Assembly: GCA_010093705.1 (NCBI GenBank)
Contig: MU006089.1
Location: forward strand, 1,242,455 to 1,306,454
Direction of reading: 5' to 3'
Source of the DNA: Patellaria atrata CBS 101060
Lineage: Eukaryota
Length of the DNA: 64,000 bases
Below, piece by piece: positions 1-13,732 of the stretch. The notes beneath the pieces are model-generated. The model saw only the letters and a program-made list of their open reading frames with translations, was not told the origin of the DNA and did no database searches. Position 1 is the first letter of the stretch. Each line of letters starts with the position of its first letter. A program made the position numbers and the translations under genes.

Positions 1-120
1 GGTAAGGTGACCCTCGCTGAGGCTTTCATAGCGGTTGGTGAAGCAGATTTGATCCCCAAGGATCCGGATCCAGCGGTGTGGCATCTTCGCGCAGGATATG
101 GGATGGAGCATTCGGTATAA
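1..120 (+). CDS. Probable 3' end of a gene starting upstream of the window
   Basis: Frame 1 is open from base 1 (GKVTLAEAFIAVGEADLIPKDPDPAVWHLRAGYGMEHSV) to TAA at 118-120, followed by AT-richer UTR-like sequence. Too short to assign. Confidence 0.4.
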   Translation, partial: GKVTLAEAFIAVGEADLIPKDPDPAVWHLRAGYGMEHSV

Positions 121-1856
121 CTGGGTTTCAATTGTGAATGAATCGTCATGAGAACGATAAAGAAGTTGTCGGTCGTGGCTTATTATGACTTCTCTTCGTT
201 TTTACTGTACAGTACTGACATATCAACTGAGGCAAGGGGACTAAGTGGCTTTCTTACGTATTATTTCACCAACCACAACTTAATATGACTGGCCTTTAAA
301 TGAGGAACAAGTATCATGGTCCTCGAGCGTATATGGTGATAATGATTCTAAACTACTAGAGGCGAGATTGGATTTTTATCTCCCTTTCCACGACAGATAT
401 GAAAGAAGTGACCTTATTGGACTAGTTAATTTCCTGAACAGCAAAGAATCGCCTTTTCTTTGTTGTCCACTCTTGACGATTAAAATGACCTCGAGACGGA
501 TCGGAGTGTTTCTTGAAACTACAGTAGGTAACGCCAGTTAACTGTACGCCACACTTGGTGTTGGCTCCCGAAACGAGCTTCCTTGAGATTTGTTTCATCT
601 CAACCACACCAACCAGCAGCACCATCTCTACTTTCCCATTTTATTGCAAATTTTTGATGGAAACGTCTATCTTCATCGACCTAGACATTGGTACAAGCCG
701 TATCGAGTGAGCGCTGCACGTTACACCCATTGATATCCTCCTTTCTAGTTGCTACTAGAAAGCCAGGGGCTAACGAGTTTCCTACTCTCTCTCTAGATCC
801 GCTCGGCCTACCCGTTCTAAGCTGGCTATAATGTTGGGTAGGGTATGCTGCATGTCTCATTGCGGATGTAAATGCACTTTGCCAATGACAAGTGGCGATA
901 CAGTTGTAGCCAACCTGACAGGTGTTATATGCCACTTCTCAATGAACGCCGAAGCCGAACGATTAAAGGAAATCAGCGGCCTGGAATTCCTACATCATCA
1001 CGCCTGGTTCAGACAAGCTTGAGGTTCCTTTAGAGTTTTTCTTTGTCTTCCATCCATCTCATCTCATCTTTTGTTCCTCCAATCACAGATTCAGTTCATC
1101 AGGCACACTGTTGGCGGTTACAGCGACAGTCAAGCCAGCCCACTGTGGCTCATATAGACGACAAAACGGATCAGTCACATCAGCTGGCAACTGGCACGCT
1201 CAGCATGTTTTCCAACCAAATTCTTCATCTCGTTTTTCTGTCAGTAAACTTCTCTACCCTTGTTAACCCTCTCTCTTGAATTTAGCACTACCATATTTCC
1301 GGTAGTCAGCCTCGAAGTCTTCCGGCCAGGTACCCCAATTAAAAACTACAACTCCGTTAAGACACTTATGCCGTAAATTCGTCTAGACGGAAGCTGATGT
1401 CCTCCTGTTGTAACTCACAGACCTATCGAATCGGCGAGCGTCCAGTTGTAGTTACGCTTAACTTGATATGGTAGTTCTCCGCATCGGAGCTATCCAGCTT
1501 CGACCTGAAACAAAACAAGCTCCCTCCGAAACTCTGCGAGACTCCATATAGTTCATTTGGTTCCTAATGACCTAATCCAACACCACCAATCGCCAAAGAA
1601 ATAGATTGTTTGTGCCGAGCCTTCGACTTCTCTTTGTGTTGTATCTTCTTCCATCTCCTTGTGTGATATGTGGAGATGTGGCTGCAAAGCTCGGCTCCCT
1701 CGCGATATGTTCTAGAGACCAAGGGGACCCTTAGCCCACATAACCTTGTGATAAAGTAGTTGATTTGTGTTTGTTTTAAGATGACAAAGCTTAAACGCCC
1801 CTGATACAGAAGGAAGTACCATTTTAGGGGTTAGGCCTTTCTGGTCGGTTCTTCGA

Positions 1857-1862
1857 TATAAA
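1857..1862 (+). promoter_or_regulatory. Putative TATA box of the lysozyme-LysM gene
   Basis: TATAAA about 115 bp upstream of ATG 1975, followed by a pyrimidine-rich leader. Confidence 0.4.
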
Positions 1863-1974
1863 GGATAGTCGACGTCTCTCGTCCGTTATGGCTTCATCCA
1901 TAGCAAAGTAGGTCTTCTTTCCTGACTTCTAGTCACTCCTTTTTGTAAACCTATCTTGGGTATTAGTTGCCATT

Positions 1975-3156
1975 ATGCAAACCCTTCTTTCAGTAAGTTT
2001 CCCTCCTACCGAATATGGTTGTAATAGCGTCATCTGACAATGTTGCCGAAGGTACTTGCTGCTGGCAGCGCTATAACACTCGTTTCAGGAGCACCTACTT
2101 CATCTATCTATTTTCCTTCCCATAGCCATGGTCATAACAAAATTCACAATGTTCAGAAGAGGACTTCGGGCTCTTATCTAACAACATTTGGAGGAGATGG
2201 TTCCAGCCTTGCTGGATGGCCAGGCTCATCATCTTGGATACCTTTTGATTCTGCGTAAGATCAGTCATCTCCGATACTTCTATAGCATGGTTAATGTTTC
2301 AATTAGCTTCGAACAGAGCAGGGGAATGATGAGACAGTCTTGTTCACAGTTTGGTGTACCGAACAATTCCGACGGAGAGACCAACGACATCAAGGATGCT
2401 ATCAACATCGTCTCCTCAGAGACTGGCGTAGACAAACGGTTTATCCTCGCCATTATGATGCAAGAGAGCAACGGCTGTGTCCGAGCTCCTACCACCTCTT
2501 ATAGCCACCGCAATCCCGGACTGATGCAAGACCACGATGGTGCGGCAACTTGCAATGAGAATGGCGTACAAAACCCTTGCCCCAAGAATACCATTATCCA
2601 GATGATCCGCGACGGCACCGCCGGCACTCCAGCTGGAGATGGTCTCAAACAGCTTCTCGGTCGAGCGACAGGTAGTGGTGACCAGAAATTCTACCAAGCT
2701 GCTCGCATGTACAACTCCGGCAGTCTCGACCCCAGTGGCAACCTCGGCCTCGGTGTCGCAACGCACTGCTACGCCTCAGATGTTGCCAATCGTCTCACTG
2801 GCTGGTTCGCTGGACCTTCTGGTTGCGATCCTAACAGTGTAGGACAGTTGACCGGGACAGTTGGTGGAGTTATTCCTTCAACAGGCTCAGGCGATACCGC
2901 CGTCACTCCGGGCACGGGAACTCAGCAACCACCAGCAACAGAGTCACCCCCGGAGACTGGAAACAGTGGAAGCGGGGAAAGATATCCGGGTGCTTCACAA
3001 TCGTGTAGGAGATGGTACACCGTTCAAAGTGGTGACTGGTGTGAGAAGGTTGAGCAGAAGGCGCACACGACCCTAGAAAAGCTTTTGGGGTTGAATAGCG
3101 GGTTACAAGGAGACTGCTCGAACTTGTGGTTGGGATACTCGTACTGTGTCGAGTAA
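1975..3156 (+). CDS. Secreted lytic transglycosylase/goose-type lysozyme-like (GH23/SLT fold) protein with C-terminal LysM domain
   Basis: Exons 1975-1992, 2052-2254, 2307-3156 (GT-AG introns). Signal peptide MQTLLSVLAAGSAITLVSGA, then a KR site. SLT motifs IMMQESNG, GLMQ and AARMYNSG. Ser/Thr/Gly/Pro linker, then fungal LysM (CRRWYTVQSGDWC...LNSGL..DCSNLWLGYSYCV). Confidence 0.88.
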
Positions 3157-3692
3157 ACGCTAAGAAAGTGGAAAATTAGGAACGGGGCGTGGTGGATGCT
3201 AGGAAGACGGTGTCGCCTTTTCCTTACGTTTCACACCTCGGGCTGGATGAGAGTAGCCTGATTAACTTCCCTACTACATTTTATTCTGCTTTACTTTCTT
3301 TCAGCATTTAGCTGCTGACGATTTTGGAACTCGTCTCTTTGAAGCTATTGCTTAGAGACCTTCATTCTTTGTAGATACATTTTCATTCCCTTCTCTTTGA
3401 CCATAAACTTGAATGAACATACATATAAGATGTTCTTCTATGTTACAAATCACTCCCTCTCGTTCTGTAGAAGCTTCCTAACTGCCATAACTTGTCACAA
3501 AGTGTCTTCTTTTAAAGCAAAAGACGAACGCCCCCCACTTCCTAGCTATGGCCCTACAACACAGTACCTAGAATACCCCATTTATCCTGCAGCATAAATC
3601 AGCGGATCCCTCGACACACATAGAGATGCTACTCACTTCGCGTCTTCTGAGGTGTTACTTGATGGATGGGACAGACATGGAAGGTACGGAGA

Positions 3693-3818
3693 TTAGTTGC
3701 GCCTGTTGAAGCGGCAACACTTGCGGCAGAGGATACCGGAAGCCGAACTCTTGACATTGAGAACCACGAACGCGACGATGATCATCGCAAGCACGACTAT
3801 ACCGGGCGGACCGTTCAT
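3693..3818 (-). CDS. Possible 41-aa single-TM micropeptide
   Basis: MNGPPGIVVLAMIIVAFVVLNVKSSASGILCRKCCRFNRRN: hydrophobic helix plus a basic Cys cluster. The ATG is preceded by a CT-rich leader. Confidence 0.3.
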   Translation of the reverse strand: MNGPPGIVVLAMIIVAFVVLNVKSSASGILCRKCCRFNRRN

Positions 3819-5560
3819 AGTGAGAGGTAGAAAAGAGGACGCGGTGTGTTCAGTTTTGAGTTTGGGTTGAGAAAGAGTGTCCACGCGGATCGTTTCGTGT
3901 CCCTTGAGGATTTGATTTGGATTCGTGATGCTGATGATTGGTTTGATATCGTTTTGATGGCGATGGAGTTCAGTGAGCGCGGGAAGTGCTGAAGTGTGTT
4001 GGTGTTAGAGAGAGGAGAAGAAAGAGTGGTTATGGACTGATTAGGCAGCGATATGGGGTCGAACCGAATGGAAGTCAAGTCTGAGCGTTTGAAGGGTTGT
4101 CTACATCGGGTAGTGAAGAGTTGACGTTGGATTCTGAAAGATCTTATTGTTCAGGCATGTGAATGGTGCTCGTTACGGGAAACCCCCCTATCCAGCACGT
4201 GCTTTTACCGTCGACAGAAAGAAATAATGACTCGTGTGTAGAATATGGTAAAGACTTTTTGACTTGGTGTAATCCGCCTCCCCTTGTTGGTCTATCTATC
4301 AGCATGAGCCTTTCGCATCGCTTTTTTGAGATATCGTAAGCTACTCACCCCCAAGGAGTCTCTTAGAGTTTGCTATGAAGAGACTGTGTATCCAGAGACG
4401 CTAAAGCTGTTCTATCCGTAAATCCTCCGCATCTATTTCTCAACTCTCACCATGCACAGTGCAGGGCCGATGTCTACACATCTCTTAAACCACTCACCTC
4501 TATTCACACCTATCCCCTTTCTTCCCAGGACACTTCTAAGTTACTGTAGTCTTGATCTGTAAATCCTCCCGCACTAAGGTATGTACAGGGTGAGACTATA
4601 CCCTATACAATACCTGGCAGCAGTAACAGTGCTGTACAATGCACACACCACACACTACAGCTCATCTACCAATACCTCAACCTAACCCTGCTATCCAGCG
4701 AACATAGTAGTAAGCCCACATCCCGGAAGTATTCCCTAAACACCGACAAGGGAATAAGATACAACGCAACTTTGATGGCCTCTTCTCCCCATCCTACACA
4801 AAACAGCTCACACACCACCGTAACCGGGATAGAGACTTCCACTATCTCATTCCATCTTCCACATAGACGACCTCAATCACACCTAATCAACTCCCCAGAC
4901 CCCACTTCCTCCCAAAATCCCCATGAACTCATAACAGGACGACGACAATAAACCCACAGCTCCATCCCTCCACCCACTCCCCCCTCTATAAGCGGAGAGG
5001 TACTTCCGGTCTCAAAACCCCTTGAGACTCGCTGTTCCTCGCACATGGAGAGGGTGGGACATGTACCGCGGGGTTTGGAGCGATTCGACCGACGCTGATA
5101 CAGATACCGATACCGATGCCAACAACGACGATGACGGAGGAGCTGTACCAAGGCCATCCTCCCACCGCGCGGAATCCACCCCCAGAACCCGACCTAGAAC
5201 CCGGACCCAAAGGAAAAAGGACGGAAGAAGCGGACGAGGTGGGAGACACGAAACGCACCCAACCACTTTTTGCCGAGCATCGATGTCATGTCCTGGGATT
5301 CTCGTCGGATGGGTGGGAAGGGCGGAGTGGGTCAAATGAGGCAAATGTATCCAGTACCCAGCCGCAGACACAGCCCCAGACACAGGGACGGAACCAGACC
5401 CAGAACTAGACATCATCCCCGCGAACCTTGGGCGACAGCAGACGGGCAGTTTCGGGATTACGATCATGGCTGCTGTGCGTGTTAGTGTTTTAGCTGGGTT
5501 GGTGGTAAGGGATGGGAGTGAGACTGTAACCGGAGAGAACGAATAGGGGAGATGAAAGGG

Positions 5561-5640
5561 AGAAGAAGAAGAAGAAGAAGAAGAAGAAGAGGAAGAAAAA
5601 GAAGAAGAAGAGGAAGAAAAAGAAGAAGAAGAAGAAGAAG
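5561..5640. repeat. Imperfect (GAA)n microsatellite
   Basis: About 80 bp of GAA with GAG/AAA interruptions. It explains the poly-S and poly-R ORFs here. Confidence 0.95.
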
Positions 5641-6277
5641 TGGTTGTATAGCATGGGCGAGGGTGCAAGAAGTGGGTTATCGACGGTGTGTTTGGGGTCG
5701 GGGTGAATTTTTTAGTGAAAGGGGTGATCAGAAACTTTTTTGGTTGCAGTTTCTACTTTGAAGAGATTTAGGCGTGGTTATTGTTATGGTGGGTTTTGTG
5801 GGATAAGGGATGGACTTGTGGGATCGCTATTAAGGCTATACGAGTATACGTGGATTATTTTCGCGTTCGTGTCTGATATAGATGTCGTAAGCATACTTTT
5901 TGTGGTTTGGATGAAAAGAAATCGAGACTGGTTAATTATATAGAGAAGGGATCTCGGGATATAGTCTTCGCTCAGTCCGAACCATCACAAAAGCAGCAAT
6001 GAACACCAAAATAATCGAATCATGATATCGATTTCACATCTTCCTCATCTATATATATACTATTTTTTCAGCGTTCCGGTATTCACACGGTATAAGAAAC
6101 AAAAACGCCTATTCTTTTTCCCAGTCGAAGAATTCCACTGTACACAAACGACCGAGTGAACATTTTTTAGGTCCAGTACGACAGACGACAACAGGTAAGC
6201 ACTCAAAAGCCGCCCCTAAAAAAAGCATATACAAGCATCGAAAGCCAAAAGTAACCCCATAACACGCGCGAGCGCTT

Positions 6278-8200
6278 CTAAAACTCTTTCTTGGTATACT
6301 CGACCGGACCGACGTATTCGTGTCTTCCCTTGTAGAAATAGTAGGAGATGGACCAGATGACGACGACGCCGAAGACGAGACAGTTCCAGTTCATGGCCTC
6401 AGGCGTCGGGAGCGGTGTCTGGGGGAACATGGCCATGATGAAGACGAGGGTGAGGAAGGCGACGGAGAAGACGTTCAAGGGGAGACCCCATTTGCCGAGG
6501 CTGAAACGGCTGGGGAGGAGAGGTTCGTGACGGACGCGCTTGATGACGATGCAGCTAATGGAGACGATGTAGGAGGCGATGAGGGCGCCGGTTCCGAGGG
6601 AGGTGACGATGTTGAAGGCGACGGTTGAACCGATGTTGATGAGTGCGAGAAGGCAGGCGCCGACGTACGAGACAATGACGGCATTGAGGGGGATATCCCA
6701 GCCAGGGCGAACCTGAGGGTGGTAGGTTAGCGATTGTTATAATGAGGCTGGATATATGATGACGGAGTGGCTGTTCACTGGGGTGGTACAACGAGTCACA
6801 TGTGGCACATGGTTGTACCAAGGACGTTATATCAAGGGATTTATACGAGAAACAAACTTACATCAGCTAGGAAGTCCGAGAATGGAAGACCACGATCTCT
6901 GGCAAACGCCCAGACCTGACGAGAGGAGGTAGCAATGTTGGTGACACAACCGAAGATAACCATGATGATCATAATGCTGGTAAGCACGTTGGTTGCAGCG
7001 TACGAATTGGTAGCGTTGTAGAACACCTGGATATAGGGTTGCATCGTCGGGGTGGAGAGAATGCTTTCAACATCTCCGAGAGTGAAGCAGAAGGTGATGA
7101 TCATGATCCAACCCATAGCGCCGTTCACCAACGCCGTGGCAATCATAGCGCGAGGGAGAGTCTTTGAGGCATCTCGAAGCTCCTCAGACATGTGGGTTGC
7201 TGAATCCGGTCCAATGAAGGAGAAGACGGGGGAAAGCATACCGACCAAGCAGGAGAGACCCGTGTTTCCCCACCCACCACCATCAGTAAAGGTGGTGAAG
7301 ACTTCCTTTGCAGGGGCCTTGGGGCCGAGAACCCAGAGTGTAATAAGAACAGCGAAGAAGCCGAAGATGTGGAGCACGAGGACAATACCTTCAACCAGGG
7401 GTAGACGACGGGCAAGGAATGTGTTGAAGAGCTGACAGAAAGTCACAATGGCAATGACGATCATAGTACCATGCCATCTCTCGGGAACGTAAGACGGATT
7501 GTTGAGAATGACGAGGCCTTGGAGCTGACCAGCTGCTAGGAAAGCAATGGCGGTGTTACCAACTTGCCATCCTAAGACGCAGAGCCAGCCGACGATGTAA
7601 GACATGAATTTTTGGCCAGATCTCGGTGCGAATTCAGAAACCTAGACGTCATTAGAATCTGTTTAGTAGCTATTCTGTAAACTAGACTCACCCAGTGATA
7701 TTGTCCACCTGTAGTTGGAGCCATTGAGGCCATTTCCGCCATGGAAATGATTGCGGCTAGAAAGCCTATGAATGTTCCAACGTACACCCAAATCAAACCT
7801 TGGAATAAATCAGCGCCATCCACGAAAAGTGAAGAATGGATATCCTACCAGCAGTTCCACCGTTAATCAAACCGAAGATGTTCGCGCTGAGCAATCAAGT
7901 TAGTGATGTTCTTTTCACATTACAGCTCTCCCAGAATGGTTTGGAGAGGCTCTATAGCTACTTCGATGGGAATACGTACCTCAATTGAGCTTCCCATGTT
8001 GCCATAAGAACCATAGTAAAACCAAAGATTGAAATGAAACGGAAGTTTCGTCGCAACTGCTGCGTCTTGCCCATACGGTACATGTCTCTTTGATCGGAGC
8101 GCGTTCCCTTCTTCTCTGTGATTTCATTATCACCATCATTCTCGTTTTCGTCCATGTAGGGTACAGCTTCAACGGCCGTTACGACCTTGTCGTCAGCCAT
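6278..8200 (-). CDS. APC-family amino-acid permease (choline/GABA transporter-like), multi-exon
   Basis: Exon pieces LRRNFRFISIFGF, SMAEMASMAPTTGGQYHWV, GPDSATHMSEELRDA, SSRQVWAFARDRGLPFS and MNWNCLVFG are diagnostic of HNM1/UGA4-like permeases. GT-AG introns separate them. Confidence 0.93.
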
Positions 8201-11200
8201 GGTGAAGAGGTGTATAAAAAGTTCCTAGGAATAGAAGTGATAAGGTAAGAGCGACAGAAAGGTGGAATAGTATAGTACAACAACTACTCTACAACCTTGA
8301 ATCGGAAGGAAAGAAAGTCCAATGTTTGAGGAAATCAAGGATGGAAGCTTCGAAGAGAGAAGTCCGGAATGAAAGAAAAGGATGCTCCCCCAGAGTTAAT
8401 CAATTAAACGTAAACCTCGCTTCCACAGGAAAGGTTATGATAATGTATCGAACAAATCCGTCGACAAGCCTACAATCTCCAAAGAAGAAGGGCTCGATCA
8501 TTGCTAGGATTTTCCATTTTCCAAACTGCATGCAACTGCAGCATGGGTCGAAGACCGCAATTAGAATAGCTTGATACTGCGAGTCTGAGAGGCGTCTGGA
8601 AGGTGATAGGGTCCCTGTCTGTCGGCGGCGTTAGATACAGATATAGAATTATGGACCTTTTAACAGGAGATAAACTAATAGTAGCAGTACAGCAGTTTTG
8701 CAAACTAACATAAACCGGGTGTGACTGGCTGCATCCTTAGATTTCTTTGGATTCTTTTAGACTCCTTTCCTCTATCCTTACTCCTTAGGAAATGCAACTA
8801 ACTATACTGTACAGCACTACTACTGCTGGTTAGAGGAACCCAGGGATCGGCGACAGATTCCGTAGAACCTTTTGAAGGCTTCTGATATCCCACGCCACTA
8901 CGGGTTTTGGGCCTTTTGAGGTGCAAGACCATGATCAGAGGCGGTATGGTCCCCTTATGGTCCGCCCATGCCCGCAAACCGTTCCCTTGCACTTTGCGTA
9001 AAAAGGACTCCAGGGCCCTTGGATCCGCATCCCCGCGTGCTTGGACGGCGCCATATTCGACCCAAACCTACCGGTAGTAAAAAGTAGATCGTTAGAGAAG
9101 AATTGCAAAGCCTGAAGCCTCCCACGGGTCTCTCCTTTCTCGTTCCAAACCGGTTGGGGAGACGACGGCAGTTGGCGGAATGCTTGTTGATTTCCCTTCG
9201 AGTCTCTTGCTTGAAACGCCACGGACCCTATCCTTGGACCTTTGAGCATAAAAGATGAAAAAGCAATCTGTTTTCCTGCAGGAATCTTTACCTTGCAAAT
9301 CATCCTCTCTAAAATTTCATACTGTAGCAATATTTACCGACTTGTTGAAAATCTGGAGCCTCGATAACTTGAAGATCAAAGCTGTGCCGCAAAAGTGCAG
9401 AAGAAGCAAGCAGAGACGGTTCTTTTCCATCGCCAATCGATGTCTCAGAAGCGATTGTCCCGCTTGAACTGGCCCACTCTTGCGCAAGCTGAGAAGTTGA
9501 TCAGGCCCCGAATCTGCTTGTCATCGTTATCTTCACCTTGAGATGATGATTGGATCTCATGCTCTGTGCAAAGGCTGCATCCTCGTTGTTTTTGCTTTTC
9601 GGATTTGTGGGGATTCGAGTGTGCATTTTTATGCATGGTATACAATTTTAGCGATTGATGGTGCGACTCCTTCAGTCTTCAAACTCAGAATAAGACAAAA
9701 AGGTGAACAAGGGCTTCCCATACTGTTGGAACCGAAAGCTGTTCAAGGGAGGTCGGCGACCAATAACTTACTAACTCCGTATCTCGTAATCTAATAGTAA
9801 TACAAGGCATCAAAATACCACAGGCGATGTTGTGTACAGTAATATCGGATGTCTAGCACATGGGGAGAGTTTTAGAACTGTCAGCGAGTAAATAGGGAGA
9901 TGTCATTGTGCGACTGTCTTTGAAGATATGGACCGCTATGTCCTCTCCTCGTCGTCATATCATATCAGATGAACGACTTCGTACAACTCCACGACACCGC
10001 AAGACCAGGAACTCGATGAGCGTTGTTCCGTAGCGTGCAAAGCTAGAATACACGGGCTGCCTTGCCCGCTTGTCTGAGCTTGAGGCATACTGTACGGAAA
10101 GATTGAGAACCCGTACTTTCATCAGGCGATGAGCAATCTGCTCACATTTCGCAATCCCCACAGCGAGCCGTGATCCACAAGCAGAGGACGTGAAATCTTG
10201 GGGTAGTTGTCGTTCTTGAGAATAGAGTTGCAACGGCCATATCTATTCTCAACACCAGATATTGTATCCAAAATCGTCTCTATACTGAACTGATTTATAT
10301 CATTCCGAGTCCCAGTGACATGGAATTCATAACATCTATCTGTCAGACTGGCGACTGCGCCAAAGTTTCACAAAACGATTTCTTCTCCGTAAAGAACCTC
10401 GTCTGCCAAAACTTGGAAAAGCCTCATATTTAACGACCCTATTCTTCGGGCCGAGCCAAAGAGTTTCTTGAGTGCTTTCTAGCCAACGACTGGTGCGATT
10501 TCAACCCAGCTACGGGCCGTGCAATGCTCTCCGCTCGCCCCGAGCAAACCTTGGTCCGATTTGCAGTAGCTTTGTTTAAGCGCAATTTCTGCCTTTTGAT
10601 GGCGCTTCTATAACCAATTAAAAGTTATTCTATAGATTCAACAAATGTCCTGAGCTCCAAGCTTGACGAACTCTACCTGTCGTTCCGTAAGAAGGGCCTA
10701 TTCCTCAATTTGACCGATATGGAACATTTGGAAGAACGCTGTAGCGTCGTGTATCAGGCTGTTAGCCTGTTATCGGTGATCCAGGTTTATTGCATCCTTT
10801 TCTACTTATCCCGAAATAGGTGGAGGATGCTCGGGATTTGCTAATGCATGAAAGGAGCCTCGTTTGGAGATTAGCTTTCAAATACCGAGTTTTGACTCTT
10901 CTTACCTTCCGTGCTGTCCAGTTTCTTCAGTTTCATGATTCGTGTCTCTGAACCAGGACAGTCGATGTGATTACAGTTCAAGGAAGCTGCAGTAACGAGG
11001 TGATTGGAAGTATCTAGACGGCGAGAAGAACATGCTCTCTATCCCAGGAGTTCGGAGAAGCATGGGAGCCTCGTGCAAGTCCTTGAGATGTCCGTTCGTT
11101 CTCACCACGCTTTACCGTTAGTTATGCTAAGGTTCAGAAGACACGATCTTTCTGGTACCGTGGTACTCGCACTGTATGAGTACCGTGCTGCATGATGAGA

Positions 11201-12695
11201 CTAAATCTCCCTCTTGCGTGTGAAGGGCCGAAGAGGGATCGTGAAGCCCATCGTTCTTAGAGTAATTGCCGGTTCTCAGACCACCACCATTGATGATCCT
11301 GTGTACAGTAATATGGATAGTCTAGCTTCTCCATGTATCGTTTTGAACCTCAGTTCGGAAAATAGGATTATTGATGGCAACAGGTGGAATTTCCCATAAG
11401 CCACCACGTTTTGACCCACGTCTGAGACAGTATGGCTTTCATACGACTCTCCCCAAACGAGAATGATAGATAGGATCGTGCTTCAAGCCTCTTTGCCCAA
11501 ACATGAAGCCACAGTTTCACGACTAGTTGTTCTGAAATGGGGAATATAGAAAGAAACTTCAGTGTAGCATCATGAGGTAATGTGAAAGTTTCTTGACTTT
11601 TTGGTCGGTAGCTGCACGGATTCCTGAACTATGGGGACATCCAAAGAAACAGACAAGTATCTGCCATCGAAAAACGTCAGAAACGTCCGATCAAAAACTG
11701 CTGATCAGTTCGAGAACTCGCATTCCTTCAAACTCGAGACGATCCGATAACGGATAACGGCATAAAGAGACGAGAGGAACCCCAGGAAGCAAACCCACGT
11801 CTCGAAAAGAAGAACGAATGCACGAACCTGAATACAAAGTCATCGCGAAGGAATCTCGCATCGAGGATCCCTGACCCCTCATTCGCTGCCCCTCGTTCCC
11901 GTTCCTGTTCCTGTAAATCCTGTACCTGAAGTGTTGAAATCGCCACCAAAGAAAGGCACCTTACAGTAGTTCATCAGCATAACAATCAATTCAATCATCT
12001 CGAACTGTCGATCTGGGCATATATCGATGAGTCTGCTGTTGTTGTGAAGATTTGCGAATAGTGGTCTGAAGAGAAAGCGTCCTCTGACTCGTGAAGTGCC
12101 CGTTTTGCTCACTTCGCCGGCTCCGAAAAAAAAGGCATTTCCCGCTCCCATAGTCGCCCCACTAGCGGGTGCTTGCACGTAGATTTTCGAACTCGAGCGG
12201 GAGGGAGAGGCCCGCTGCCGCCGCTTCGAAGGGTCATGATTCAGTTCGACTGACTCGATGGCGAAGTTGGGTTCTGGACGCTGGGCATCGCTATGAAAGT
12301 CGTGGGGTGATGAGAGGAATGGTAATGTTGGTAATTGCCATTTTTGTAGGTCTGCTATGGTTAGAATGTCGAAATTTTGTCATGTTTCTAGTTCCTGAGT
12401 GCGCTCCACATGGTGGAGGTACTCTCATGAATATTACATGGCATGGGTTGTAGGAGTGGGTGAGGTTCAAGAGAAGTCTGCAAGGCTACGATGAGTCGAC
12501 GACCATGAACGATGCGAGAACGAAAGTCAAGTTCAATCCTTATAGATGATTGTATTCTTCCTATTGTATCCACAAGAACAAGACTTTGATTTTACTCAAC
12601 GCCATAAAATCAACAGAGCCTCTCCACCATATTGTGATACAGTTCAAACGCCCAAATTCCTAATAAGCCGTTCCAAGCTGAAAGTAGCAAGCTGT

Positions 12696-13732
12696 CTATC
12701 GCACTTCCGTAACAGCAGAATTTTCATTTCTGATCCCCTTGACCTCCATAACCTCGGTGAACTCTGACGTTTCACCGAATTCCGTAACCGTGACCGTAAC
12801 GCTCTTTCCTTCCCTCCATTCGCTCTTCCTGTTCGTCACTATGTCTACACCGACGTGTCCATATCTCTCTTCCTCCATCTCAACCATGACGCCACTAGTC
12901 TCTACTACTTCTTCCTTGGCCTCGCCACTGGATGGAGCATCCATAAAAAGAATGAGACCACCTTTAATGATAGCATTTGCACCCAAAGGGTATCCTGACA
13001 AAGGATTCCCCTCGCCTTCAGTTGCTCTACCAGCGGGAGTCACAAAGCCTACGCTCTGGTAGAAGCCCTTAGACTCGGCATCACCACTCGCGACAACACT
13101 AGCACAGACTCCCTCCCTTCTTGCTTTGTCAATGCCCCAATTACACAGAAGTCTTCCCAGACCTCTTCGATGGAATCTGGGGTCAATGGCTAGAAGGTCG
13201 AGATAATAACCATTGTCTCTTCGGGTGCCGGTGGGGGACATAGATTGCCAGATGTGGGAGAAGAACGGGAAAGCGCGGTGGAATATCGTGAGAGCCTCTG
13301 GGCTATGAGCAGCGCGGTTCGGGAAGAAGTATGAAGACACAGCATTGCGAAGGATTTGAAGGGGTTTCATGAGGCGTCCTAACCATCAATTAGTATACAG
13401 TTGCCCAGGTAAGATACGGCAGGGGTAGGGGAAGACGTACTTGGGTCCCATCTCCAAAGTCCAGTGGCATTGGGACCTTGTTTTTCCCATTCTGCAACCC
13501 CCACAATGATTTCATTACCATTCTCGTCTTGCTCTGTAGCCACGATATAGGTGTGCGCCCAATCCCACCAGTTCTCCCGGTTACGTCTGTGCCAGAAAGC
13601 TACATAGTCCGCTGGATACTGCTGACGGCGGGGATGTATGAGATTAGAGAAGAGCTCGTCGTTTGCAAAACCTGCCGCACAACACGCTGAAATTGCGGGG
13701 AGATCTGAAGCTCTTGCTAGACGTATTGGCAT
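12696..13732 (-). CDS. GNAT-family acetyltransferase
   Basis: ATG 13732, intron 13440-13379. Contains MPIRLARASDL, EIIVGVAEW, the acetyl-CoA motif YLDLLAIDPRFHRRGLGRLL, and GFYQSVGF. Confidence 0.88.

Noticed and set aside
4873..5761. Overlapping ORFs with poly-Ser and poly-Arg tracts
   Set aside because: Products of the GAA microsatellite and low-complexity sequence, with no domain signal.
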